Positions 51,801 through 64,000 of a DNA stretch of 64,000 bases are shown here, piece by piece (positions within the stretch are counted from its first letter, which is position 1; every line of letters begins with the position of its first letter). Origin of the DNA: the human T2T-CHM13v2.0 reference genome, Homo sapiens; the NCBI RefSeq assembly GCF_009914755.1, contig NC_060930.1. One strand, written 5' to 3'. Made by a program: the position numbers and the translations under genes. The notes beneath the pieces are model-generated. The model worked only from the letters and a program-made list of their open reading frames with translations, made no database searches and was not told the origin of the DNA.

Positions 51801-53089
51801 ATATTGAAGACACATATTTGTGATGAGGAGCGCACTTCCAACCATCTTTTCCTGTTGCTCTTTCAGGCTGCGTGCTCAGCCCCTCCCCCAGCGCCACATC
51901 ACTGCATGCCGCAGGGGAAGGCTCCCAGCACTCACACGATGAAGTACATCCATTTGATTTAATAGACAGGGGATAGGAGAAATCACATAAAACAAGCCTC
52001 CTCCAAATACATATTTCTTGTAACAGCCATGAATTTTCCGGTAACAAATAAGAAAGCAAATGAACAGCTATTGAAATATTCCCATTTTCACCATCCCTTT
52101 AGACAAGCTGGAAAGTTTACTTTTTATCCTCCTAGTACCTTATAAGCCAGTTTGCCAAACTTTGAGACTATTTGATCAGAGTTCAGAAAAGAACAGGAAC
52201 ATCCAACAAAGGTTTAGTATTTTTTTTAATGCCATCAGATATGAAAATAGCAGCTGGAGAAAGCACTGCACATTTGTTCTGAAGGATGCCAACGTCACTC
52301 AGCAGGTTCAGTGATATCTCCCTTCCAGGATGATATGACTTGCAGTTCATTTGTCATCTTATGCACAATTTTTTATTATTCTACTCAGTTGTCAATGTTT
52401 GCATTATTACAGTCTTAAAGATTCATTTTAATGTGAAAGGGCCATTGGGAAGTTGGACCAAAGCAATATGGAAATTTAAAACATGGAAAATAGAAGAAAG
52501 AATGTAAGCACATAAAAGAATTATGTTTGCTTAGTACCATAACAAGATTTCTATGAATTTTCCATAAGCACTTCACAAGAAACTGGCAAAACGGAATAAA
52601 GCAAACCCGTCCACTGCCATCATTATAACCGTCACCCAATGACCCAGAACACATACACACAAAAAGACCCAGTAATTTTTTTTTAGATATGGTTTGTAGA
52701 GTCCCATATTTTGAATGAAAATTTCCCCTAGAATCATGACCCTCAAAAACGGAGGGAGATCGCAGGGATCCTGTAGAGCAATGTTCTCATGTTACAAAGG
52801 AGAAAATAGAGACTAAGAAGATAAGAGACTAGGCTTAGGTCCCATTGCTGTTTAGTGGAGAAATGAGACTAGAGCTGGTGTTCAGATCCACTGGATATTT
52901 CATTTTATCACTCGCTCCACTTCTATTTTCATGACTTTGCAGTCTACAGTGGACAGGGATGAAAGAATTAACAAAAAGCATATCCTGAGCGCTCGCTCTG
53001 GGAGCCCGAGTCCTAGGCAATGCTGCCTGGGAAGTGCTAATTGGAAAAATGTAACCACTCTCCAAAAGCCTGGAGTATGGCTATTTCTA

Positions 53090-53310
53090 GAGGGCCACCC
53101 AGGTGCCAGGCATTTTATACTATTATATATAATTCTTGCAGAACTATTAGGATGATATGATAAAACCTGTTTTATAGATGAGAAGGATGTGGAGATGCAA
53201 ACAGGCTAAGTACTCTCCAAAGATCACCTAGTTAGTGAAGGCCAGGCTGAGTTGCAAGCCCATTGTGTGTGATGCCCCAGTCCTGTAGTCTTCCTGCTTG
53301 ACCATGTTAC
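53090..53310 (-). mobile_element. MIR SINE
   Basis: tgccaggcat...ttttatagatgag...ccaaagatcacctagttagt. Confidence 0.7.
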
Positions 53311-54092
53311 TTTTAAGACAGATGCACAGATATATGACGACAACTACGGATGGCAACTTCCTTTATCTGCATGAATTCTTCTGTTTTGATTGGCATCCAG
53401 AGCTAGAGGCATTTTATTGTGGCCTGGCTGATTAACTTTGAACCAATAAAGAAAAAGTGTTATTCAGAATGACTGGGGCCATGAAGCTGTGTTGCAGTTC
53501 CAAGAAAAGAGAGCATCAGTCATCTGGTGCTACTCTGCCCACCTTCACTGAGGATGTAACTCTTGAGCGAGAGTACGTTTTATGTCAAATGTTTAAAAGT
53601 TTATACTTAAAGTGTGAATTTTCCCAATGGAAGAATAAAATTTAATAGGACAGTGGTCCTCAAGAAATGCCTTATTACTGGTAGATAATTTAAAACTGAA
53701 ATTAATTTTTCCCATTGCCCTATTTTTAGCAATTCTTTTGGCCGACAGGAGGAAACAAATTAATTGCTCAGAACCCACATTAGAGTGCTTTTTATTTTTA
53801 TTTTTTAAATTTATATTTATTTTTAATGAATGGCTCATCATTAATTGTTTTTATTCATAAAATGGAAGAGTTTAACAAAATAAAGAGTTTGTTAGCACAC
53901 ATTGAGAAGGTGGTAATGGAAGAAGTTTCTTTCTGCCACACATGCCCATAGATAAATCAAATCCTAAAAGTAAATAGAAACTTGCTTTCAGTATGACTTA
54001 ATATTGACTGTTTTCTTTCAGTGAATGGAAGAATTGAACACAAAAAGGAATTTTTAAGCCTATATTTAGAAAAATTTATTGGAAGAAGATTC

Positions 54093-55375
54093 TTTTTTCC
54101 TCCAACTTTTATTTTAGTTTTGGGGGTACATGTGCAGGTTTGTTATGTGGGTAAATTGCATGTCATAGGGGTTTATTGTATGAATTATTTGGTCACTCAG
54201 ATAATAAGCTTAGTACTTGATAGTTAGTTTCTTGATCCTCATCCTCTTCCACCTTCCACCCTCAAGTATGCCTTGGTTGTGTATTGGTCCCTTCTTTGTG
54301 TCCATGTGTACTCAGTGTTCAGCTCCCACTGAAGTGAGAACATGTGGTATTTGGTTTTCTGTTCCTGCATTAATTTGCTTAGAATAATGGCCTCCAGTGC
54401 CATCCATGTTGCTGCAAAGTGCATGATTTCATTCTTTTTTATGGATTTGTAGTAATCCATGCTGGATATGTACCATTATCCAGTCCACTGTTGACGGGCA
54501 TTTAGGTTGATTCCATGTGTTTATTATTGTGAGTAGCACAGCAGTGAACATATGAGTGCATGTGTCTTTTTGGTAGAACGATTTATTTTCTTTTGGGTAC
54601 ATACCCAGTAATAGGATTGCTGTGTTGAATAGTAGCTTTGTTTTAAGTTCTTTGAGAAATCTTCAAACTGCTTTCCACAGTGGCTGAACTAATTTATATC
54701 TCCACCAACAGCATATAAACATTCCCTTTTCTCTGCCACATTGCCAGCATCTGTTATTTTTTGCCATTTTAATAATAGCCATTTGGACTGGTGTGAGATG
54801 GTATCTCATTGTGGTGTAATTTAGTGGTCCCCAACCTTTTTGGCATCAGGAACTGGTATAGTGGAAGACAGTTTTTCCACAGACTGAAGGTAGGGGATGG
54901 TTTTGGGATGAAGCTGTTCCACTTCAGATCATCAGGTATTAGATTCTCATAGGGAGCATGCAACCTAGACCCCTCACACACACAGTTCACAATAGGGTTC
55001 ATGCTCACATGAGGATCTACTGCTGCCACTCAGCTGATAGGAGGTGGAGTTCAGGTGGTAATGCTCGCTCACCTCCTGCTGCGTGGCCTGCTTCCTTACA
55101 GGCTATGGATGGGTACTGGCCTGTAGCCTGGACAGGGGGACCTCTGGTTTAATTTGTATTTCTCTAATGATTAGTGATGTTCAGCATTTTTTCATATGCT
55201 TGTTGGCCGTGTGTATGTCTTCCTTTGAGAAGTGTCTGTTCATGTACTTTGCCCATTTTTAATGGGATTGTTTGTTTTTTGCTTGTAAATTTAAGTTCCT
55301 TGTACTTGCCAAATATTAGAACTTTGTCAGAGGCATAGTTTGCAAATATATTCTCCCATTCTATTCTGTTTATAG
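54093..55375 (-). mobile_element. 5'-truncated L1 (old L1PA/L1PB) 3' end, interrupted by MER1B
   Basis: ggggtacatgtgcaggtttg 3'UTR; ORF2 C-terminal relics (KKNEIMHFAATWMALEAIILS; WENIFANYASDK). Confidence 0.92.
54822..55146. mobile_element. MER1B (hAT-Charlie MITE)
   Basis: tagtggtccccaacc...ggggaccctctg termini; 8-bp TSD gt(g/t)taatt. Confidence 0.88.
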
Positions 55376-56940
55376 AGTGCTTTTTAGAAGATGGATCTTC
55401 AACAAGAGCAATGAACGTATGTTGAAAATCATCATATAGTTGCTTTTGATGTCTAGTTCTACATTCCTCTTTATGTGGTCTCAACCTTCCAGCCAATTTG
55501 TGCCATTTGAAGCTCCAGGTGCCGCAGTCCCTAACTGTACCTCTTTCATTTTTTAGTTCAAACTCTCTTTGAGGAGGTAAGGCCACTGGACCCAATAGGT
55601 GAGGCATCATGGCTACCCATCATTTGATTAATTGGTACTGGTTGTGAATAAACCAATCTGTACTTGGCACTTCAGCGTTTTATACTTAACTTCAATTTTA
55701 CCTCTTACCTCATACTGTATTTGTGGTATGACATTCTGTCAGATACCTTCCTGCATGTTTCCCTAGATGGAGCTAGCTTGGCCATAAGCTACCATACTAC
55801 TCTGCCTATAATTAGTACTTACTTAATTTGCAAGGGCTTTTTGTCTTGGTATGATATTATTGCCAAAAGTGAGAAGATTTCTTGACAAGGTGATTGAGGT
55901 GGTACAATATACAATCTGGCTTTTGGCAAAACCATTTGGTCAAACTATGGCTTCGTTCTTGCAATCATGTGATTGCAAAATACTCAACATTGCTCTTGCT
56001 GTCTATTTTTCTGCCTCTCCACGCTGTATAGGTAGGTCTTTTTCCCTAAGTTTGAAAACTTAATATTTTATTTTTCTGACTAACCTTGATTTCTTTCCCC
56101 CCTCATTAAACTCGATCTCCTTGCTGAGACAACCTGTCCTTGCATTCATGGATCATATCTCATACATTCCTGGCTCGAAATGATACAAAGGAGAAGTGAG
56201 GAAAGAAAAAAGGATGAGATTGGATGCACTACAAAATTGGAAATCAGGCCAAGGGAGAATAAGTTTTCTGTACAGCTAAACTCACCTGGTTCCAGATTCT
56301 TTCTAGACTATCCAAATTTATGGATGGGCAAGGAGATGTAGAACGTTAAAAAGCTATAGAAAGGAAAAAAATGGCCATTCTGATGTAGAAGCATGAAGAT
56401 TATCTTTGATCCTTTCTCTTTCTCCTCCTTTGTAGTCTTCCATTTATTCCTTAATTTAACAAACATCATTGAGTGCCATGTTCCAGGCACACTAGGCCCT
56501 TGGGTGCCAGATGCATGAGGCATAGGCTCAGCATCCACAGTGCAGCAAGCCAGCCACCATATCATGTTGCTTGATTCTGTCCTGTATCTCAACAGATCCC
56601 CTCCCATCCATTCCAGGTGCCCCGCTATATGCCCTTACTACATTTGACTTGCATTTTTTTCAATTACCCCTAATTGACATATCTGCCTGCAGTTATTTTA
56701 CCTTGACCCCAACTCTGCCACTGGAGTAGTTACTCCAAAGCACAGAATGAATCATGCTGTAACTCCGCTTATATGTCTGAAATGACTCCCATGAGAGACT
56801 GGTTCTGAGCTCCCGCTCCAGCTTTGTTTTTCTGTGTCCCAGCACATCCTACAAGCCAGCTATTCCAGAGCCAGCCAGGAGGTCTGTATTTTGTATTTTG
56901 TTCCTTCTTTCTGAAATGCTCTTCTTTCTTTTTCTTGCCA

Positions 56941-59706
56941 TGTATTATAGTTCTCCAGTGAAACAGAACTAATAGGACACACACAAACACACACACAAAC
57001 ACACACACATTTGTTTGCTTATCATAAATAATTGCCACACATGACTGTGTGAAATCTGGCAAGTTTGAAATTTGCAGGGTAGGCCAGCAGGCTAGAAAGT
57101 CAGGTGGGTTGATATCATCATCTTGAATCTAAATTCTGCTGGGCAGCAGGATGCAAGCATGGACAGGGTTTTTGCATTGCAGTTTTGAGGAGAATCCATA
57201 TTCTTGGAGAGAACTCAGTCTTTGTTCTTAAGGCCTTCACCTGATTGTGAGAATCACTCACATTATGGAGGTTGTATAAGTCTGTTTTCATGCTGCTGAT
57301 AAAGTCATATCTGAGACTGGGAAGAAAAAGAGAATTTAATTGGACTTACAATTCTACATGGCTGAGGAGGCCTCAGAATCATGGTGGGAGGTGAAAGGCA
57401 CTTCTTACATGGTGGCAGCAAGAGAAAATGGGAGAGAAGCCAAAGTGGAAGTCCCTGATAAACCCATCAGACCTTGTGAGACTTATTCATTATCATGAGA
57501 ATAACACTGGAAAGACTGGCCTCTATGATTCAATTGCCTCCCCCTGGGTCCCTCCCACAACACTTGGAAATTCTGGGAGATACAATTCAAGTTGAGATTT
57601 GGGTGGGGACACAGCCAAACCATATCATTCCACCACTGGTCCCTCCAAATTTCATGTCCTCGCATTTGAAAACCAATCATACCTTCTCAACAGTCCCCTA
57701 AACTCTTAACTCATTTCAGCATTAACCCCAAAGTCCACAGTCCAAAGTCTCATCTGAGACAAGGCAAGTCCCTTCTGCCTATAAGCCTATAAATCAAAAG
57801 CAAGCTAGTTACTTCCTAGATGCAATGAGGGTACAGGTATTGAGTAAAGATAGTTATTCCAAATGGGAAACATAATTGGCCAAAACAAAGGGGTTACAAG
57901 GCCCATGCAATCTGAAATCCAGAGGGGCAGTCAAATTTTACAGCTCCAAAATTATCTCCTTTGCCTCCAGGTCTCACATCCACGTCACCCTGATACAAGA
58001 TGTGGGTTCCCGTGGTCTTGGGCAGCTCTGCCTCTGTGGCTTTGCAGGGTACAGCCTCCCTGCTGGCTGCTTTCACAGGCTGGCATTGAGTGTCTGTGGC
58101 TTTTTCAGGTGTACGGTGCAAGCTGTAGGTGGATCTACCATTGTGGGGTCTGGAGGAGAGTGTCCCTTTTCTCACAGCTCCACTAGGCACTGCCCCAGTA
58201 GGGACTCTGTGTGGGGGCTCCAGCCCCACATTTCCCTTCCAAACTGCCCTAGTAGAGGTTGTCCATGAGGGCCCCGCCCCTGCAGCAAATTTTGCCTGGG
58301 CATCCTGGCATTTCCACACATCTTCCGAAATTTAGGCAGAGGCTCTCAAACCTCAGTTCTTGACTTTTGTGCACTTGCAGGCTCAACACCATGTGGAAGC
58401 TGCCAAACCTTGGCAGCTTCCACCCTCTGAAGCCACAGCCCAAGCTGTAGGTTGGCCCCTTTCAGCCAAGGCTGGGATGGCTGGGACATGGGGCTCCAAG
58501 TCTCTAGGCTGCAGACAGCACAGGGACCCTGGGCCTGGCTCATGAAACAACATTTTCCTTCTGGGCCTCCAGGCATGTGGTGGGAGGGACTGACGTGAAG
58601 GTCTCTGACATGGCCTGGAGACATTTTCTCCATGGTCTTGACGATTAACAGTGGGCTCCTCGCTACTTATGCAAATTTCTGCAGCTGGCTTGAATTTCTC
58701 CCCAGAAAATGGGTTTTTCTTTTCTATCACATAGTCAGGTTGCAGATTTTCCAAACTTTTATGCTCTGCTTGCCTTATAAAACTGAAAGCCTTTAACAGC
58801 ACCCAAGTCACCTCTTGAATGTTTTGCTGCTTAGACATTTCTTCTGCCAGTTACCCTAAATCATTTTTCTCAACTTCAAAATTCCACAAATCTCTAGGGC
58901 AGGGGAAAAATGCTGCCAAATCTCTTTGCTAAAACAACAAGAGTCACCTTTACTCCACTTTCCAACAAGTTCCTTATCTCCAACTGAGACCACCTCAGCT
59001 TGGATTTTATTGTCCATATCATTATCAGCATTTTGGGCAAAGCCATTCAACAAGTCTCTAGGGAGTTTCAAACTTTTCCACATTTTCCTGTCTTCTTCTG
59101 AGCCCTCCGAAGAGTTCCAGCCTCCACCTGTTACCCAGTTCCAAAGTTGCTTCCACATTTTTGGGTATTTTTTCAGCAACGCCCCACTCTATTGGTACCA
59201 ATGTACTGTATTAGTCTGTTTTCATGCTGCTGATGAAGACATACCTGAGATGGGGAAGAAAAAGAGATTTAATTGGACTTACAGTTCCACATGTCTGGGG
59301 AGGCTTCAGAATCATGGCGGAAGGCAAAAGGCACTTCTTACATGGCAGTGGCAAGAGAAAATGAGAGAGAAGCAAAAACAGAAACCCCTGATAAACCCAT
59401 CAGATCTCGTGACACCTATTCACTATCATGAGAATAGCATGGAAAAGACTGGCCCCCATGATTCAATTACCTCCCTCTGGGTACCTTCCACAACATGCAG
59501 AAATTCTGGGAGACACAATTCGAGTTGAGATTTGGGTGGGGACACAGCCAAACCATATCAAAGGGTAATATACTTTACTCAAAATTGGCTGACTTAAATT
59601 TCAGTCACATCTAAAAATACCTTCATGGCGGCATCCAGACTGTGGGTTGACCAAAGAACTGGGCAGTGTAGCTTAGCCAAGTTGACACATAAAATTAACA
59701 ATCCTA
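56941..59706 (-). mobile_element. MLT2 (ERVL) LTR split by THE1A insertion (parts 56941-57272 and 59561-59706)
   Basis: tgtattatagttctccag...(CA)n...cacattatggag|ggtaat...gccaagttgacacataaaattaac. Confidence 0.85.
57273..59560 (-). mobile_element. Full-length THE1A MaLR element (3' LTR 57273-57627, internal region, 5' LTR 59207-59560)
   Basis: Two ~355-bp LTRs beginning TGATATGGTTTGGCTGTGTCCCC on the minus strand; THE1-int between them; degenerate 5-bp TSD gaggt/aaggg. Confidence 0.95.
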
Positions 59707-60070
59707 TGTCTCATAAACGTAACCCCCTTCAAGAACTGGGTCAAATATGACCTCCTTTGCAAGGTTTCTTCCTCAGCCTCGTGTGGAAAGTGCTAAAAAG
59801 CTGTGTGGTAGCTCAATGAACAGCAATGCCCCTAGGGCAGCAGTGTGCTCAGCCTGGGGATAAGGAGGATAGGAGTCTTAACAATTTGGAATTTCACCGG
59901 GAAGAAAGAGATGTGAAAAGTCTTCCAGGCAGGGGGAGAAGCAGTTACAAAAACAGAGTCACAAAACCAGATGGGTGTGAGGGAACTGCCAGCATGGAAA
60001 CAGAGGTCAATGGTGAAGACAGAGCAGGCAAGAGGAGACGGGAATGGTAGCCCGGGCCAGGTCACCCAGG

Positions 60071-60543
60071 GTCCTATTTGTTTCCTCATGCTGCCATCAC
60101 AAAGTTCCCAAAGTTGGAGCTGAAAACAACAGATTTTATTCTCTCACAGTTCTGGAGGTCAGAAGTCCAAAATCGAGGTATGTGCAGGGCTGGTTCCCTT
60201 CGGAGACTCTGAGTGAGAATTCCCTCTGTTCCTGTCTGGTAACCCCTGATGGCTGCTGGCAACCCCTGGCGTTCATTGGCTTGGGGCTTCCTCCTTATTC
60301 CAGTCTCTGCCTCCATGCTCTGTCTTCACATGCATTGCTTTTCTCTGTGTGTCTCTGAATTTCCTTTTCTGTGTCTGATAAGGACACTTGCCATCATATT
60401 GGAGTCCTGCCCTAATGCAGGAAGCTCTTTCTTCAAGATACTTCCTTTAATTATAGCTACAAAAACTCTTATTCCAAATAAAGTCACATTCTGAGGTTCC
60501 TCATAGGCATATCTTTTGGGGGGTCATGATTCAACCCACCACA
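60071..60543 (-). mobile_element. MLT1-type solo LTR
   Basis: ttattctctcacagttctggagg...aagtcacattctgagg...attcaacccaccaca. Confidence 0.85.
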
Positions 60544-61095
60544 GCCTTCTAGGAAAAATAATAAATTTGGATCTGAGCCTGTATTCAGGGACCACAGATC
60601 CAGAGTCCAGGCAGCCTCTGTTAATGAGTCAAGAGGGCCAGAGGTGCCTGAAGCCCCACAACTGACCAGAGTGGTGACTTCATCTAAAGGGGGCAGCCTC
60701 TGCTTGGCTCTGGAAGGAATGTGGGCCAACCTTATTACATCTTTTCAATTTTTAAAGGAAAGTCACATTTCTAGAATTTTACATGAAACTCTCTTTAATT
60801 TGGAAACAAACTCAAATTAAAACAAAAATAAGACTAAAATCTCAATATGAACCCGAGAAACACATCTAGTGGCTGGAAATGGCTCATGGAGCCCTCTCCT
60901 GCACCCCCCCTGCCTTGGGGCTTCCACTGTAGGGGATGATAAGCCCTGAAAGAGCATGAAACACAGGGGTACTGGCCCCAGACTGCTGTATCAGAGGGTG
61001 ACCTGGGTGTCAGGGTGGAGGATAGACTGAAGGGAGTGAACCTGGGAGCTGGAAGGCAAAGTAGGAAGCCCTCGCAGTAGATCGGGGAGGGCATG

Positions 61096-61458
61096 TGGAT
61101 TAGTCCATTTTCATACTGCTATGAAGAAATACCTGAAACTGGGTAATTTATAAACAATAAGAGATTTAATGGACTCACAGTTCCACATGGATGGGGAGGC
61201 CTCACAATCATGGTGGAAGGTGAAGGAGGAGCAAAGGCACATCTTACATGGCAGCAGGCAAGGGAGTGCATGCAGGGGAACTGCCCTTTATAAAACCATC
61301 AGATCTCATGAAACTTATTCACTATCATGAGAACAACATGAGAAAACCCGCCCCCATGATTAAATTACCTCCTACTGGGTCTCTCCCACGACAGATGGGG
61401 ATTGTGGGGGCTACAATTCAAGATGAGATTTGGGTGGAGACACAGCCAAACCATATCA
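61096..61458 (-). mobile_element. Solo THE1 LTR (THE1C-like)
   Basis: THE1 LTR consensus; TSD gcatg/gtgtg. Confidence 0.93.
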
Positions 61459-63679
61459 GTGTGTGAAAGTTAACGCAGGAAGTGGTAGCCCCTAACACAT
61501 TGTTGAGCCCCATATGAAGGCTTACAGAATGAAAGCATGAATTAAGGGAGGCTTAAAAAATCTGCTATATGAAATAATACAATCTATGGAGGCAGAAGTT
61601 TTTTTCCTATAGAATTATTTCAAATATCAAAGAGCTCCTTTTTCTCTTTCAGGAACTACATTTATCAACTATCACTCTGCTTTCATTTTCAAATAAAAAA
61701 TATAACCATATACACAAATAATTAAATTAATATAGCTTATTATGACAAAAATAATTTCTTTTAACTTTGTGGACAGCACCACATTTTATATTAAGCTGCT
61801 AGTACTCATAACCGTATGATTTCAAAATCATCCAAGCTTGAAAAATTATTGTCTCTGGCATTACCAATGATCAAAGCAACCCCAATTATAATATTATATT
61901 AACCAAGCTAAAAAACAGTATTACAATTTCTAACCTTTCTGAACTGTAATTAGTCACCTAACTATGTATCCAAATTTATTTGATATGTTTGCATAGTTAA
62001 TTAATTATGATTATTTAAAAGTATTTCATTTGTAAAACTTTGCTCTCCTTAGCCTACAAATCAAATTGCCAAGTGATAAATTTAATTTTAAAATATCTTC
62101 TTTAAATCATGTTAAGTTATAACATATGTCTTTAAACAAGACATATAAGACAATGTTGAAACAAACACAATTCTTTCTCTTTTAAAAAATTGAACTTTAA
62201 AAATGGGATGGGGGTTAAATTTGAGGAATCTGGTAGCTTAAATGAAAAGGCACTTGAAGAGACTCAAAGTCTCCTTCAGAACAATTTACTAAATAATGAT
62301 CCGGCCAGACAGTGCCCCTAAGAAGTGCTTGATGCACACCTAGAGAAAAAGCTTTCAGGTCTGTAGCTTCTAGTAGGTTTTAAAGGGTATATTATGCATT
62401 AGGTGGAGTCACATTACCTAGAATGCAATAAGGCATTCTCATTGAGTCTCTGAGAATTTAACTATCATGTTAAAGGTAAAAATATTACAGAACGTACATT
62501 AAATGTTTAAAAATCATTTGAAATAATGACCGAAAATTAAACCGGATATACATCTACATGAACTCCAGTTTCTAGGTGAAAAATTGCGGCAAATATTCAG
62601 ATGTATGCAAATACCAAAATATCTGGATGAAGAAAGCTTCCAGATGTTACCTGGATTTCCTGAACTGTGTGAACCTATCTGTGGAAGTTTACTTTTTGAG
62701 ACTTCTGGTCATAGCTGTGACCTTCATGGGTGCACGGAGCTCCACTACTACTTAAAATACATAGAAATGCCAGCTATAATATTTTTAAATATTAAGAAAT
62801 ACATAACCAGGTTTATGACAAGAATGGAAAACTCTAGGTTCCCAAATGCAGAGTGTATACAAAGCAGTAGGGATGCTTTGGGGTTCCAGGATGGAAATCC
62901 ACCTTAAGAACCATGGGTTAGAGAACATGCCCCAGGCATACACACAACATGGTACCAGGTTTCCAGCCTATTGGAAGAAGCTGTGAAATCACTGCCCTTT
63001 CTATTAATAGGATCAAAAATGTCTTTGCTTAACTGTAAGCCTGGGAGAGAATGGTTCATTCTTTATTGTGGGAGGAAACAAAAGTATCTTGAGAATTGTA
63101 ACCCTAAACTTATCTAAAAGGTGATGAAACACAGAGCCACAAATTTATGTAAAAGTGGTTCCTAAGTAGTGAAACCTCCAGGGGCTTGGCAGAAGCACTG
63201 GTAAATATATCATGCAACGTAGAGCTCTACTGTTGAGTTTCCCTTAAGACAGAAATGACCTTACATATAGAAATTTTAATACATACAAGGTTCAGTACAA
63301 AGCAAGATAGTCCATAGGCAATACATAGGGTATTGTCTAAATGATCAGGAATAATAGAGCAATAACTACACAGAGAGGAATTATTGCAAGTTATTTTTTA
63401 AAAAGTAATTTGCCTACATTTTGAGGAATATGCTATAAGAATAAAATAAGTAAAATATAATTTTAGTGGAAATATTTTTTTCAAAATGGTTGTGTGTATT
63501 GAAGGATAAAGAAAAATGAATGTTTACATTGGTGTCCTTGAGAACTAAGGTTTTCTGTGTGGGGGAAAAAAGATGCAGAAGTGAGATCAATGAGGCCAAG
63601 CAGAAATTCTGTAATTATGGGTTTAAATGAGAAGTATCAGTTAAAAAAAAGATGTATTTTATTTAAAATATTATTTTCT

Positions 63680-63850
63680 TTTGTAAATTTAATTTAACTT
63701 AATTTTAAGTTCCGGGATACATGTGCAGGATGTGCAGGTTTGTTACATAGGTAAATGTGTGCCATGGTGGTTTGCTGCACCTATCAACCCATCACCCAGG
63801 CATTAAGCCCCACACGCATTAGCTATTATCCTGATGCTCTCCCTCCCCGC
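63680..63850 (-). mobile_element. Short 5'-truncated L1PA 3' end
   Basis: gatacatgtgcaggatgtgcaggtttgttacatagg; TSD aaa(t/g)attattttct. Confidence 0.9.
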
Positions 63851-64000
63851 AAAGATTATTTTCTATCTATGTTCACTGAAAACGTCCAGAAAAAATAAGA
63901 ACAACTAAGTGCCGAAGAGCAACGAGTATCCCTTGGCTGACGTTGTGGTTTCTAAATGCCATTTATCGGTAAAAGAAACCACAAATCCATGGAGAAATGG

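Noticed and set aside
57863-59528. Several 100-200 aa ORFs
   Set aside because: Degenerate THE1A internal and LTR sequence

Overview
Primate, almost certainly human, genomic DNA containing most of the NADPH oxidase 3 gene (NOX3) on the minus strand. Coding exons 1-11 were assembled by hand. All introns are GT-AG, and the exons total 1455 nt (codons 1-485) in one uninterrupted frame, from the ATG at 45847 to the exon 11 donor at 1251. The remaining 3' exons lie to the left of the window. About 18 kb of upstream sequence (46-64 kb) follows. It is rich in retroelements, including a full-length THE1A provirus nested in an MLT2 LTR, a solo THE1C LTR, and an L1 carrying a MER1B insertion. The introns contain Alus, L2, MIR, L3, Tigger/MER44 relics and microsatellites. 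I found no new gene system, and most short ORFs in the supplied track come from repeats or are spurious. The best second-look signals are: (i) sense-oriented THE1 LTRs upstream of NOX3 with DUX4-type motifs and an intact splice donor, a possible alternative promoter; (ii) three local duplications: an inverted fold-back copy with palindromic junctions at 2.8-3.2 kb, a 311-bp dispersed direct copy at 22.9/24.5 kb, and a 230-bp tandem copy at 33.6-34.1 kb; (iii) a perfect 13-bp-stem hairpin in intron 5; (iv) weak or alternative splice and poly(A) signals that could give NOX3 isoforms. Repeat subfamily names come from recalled consensus sequences, not a database search.
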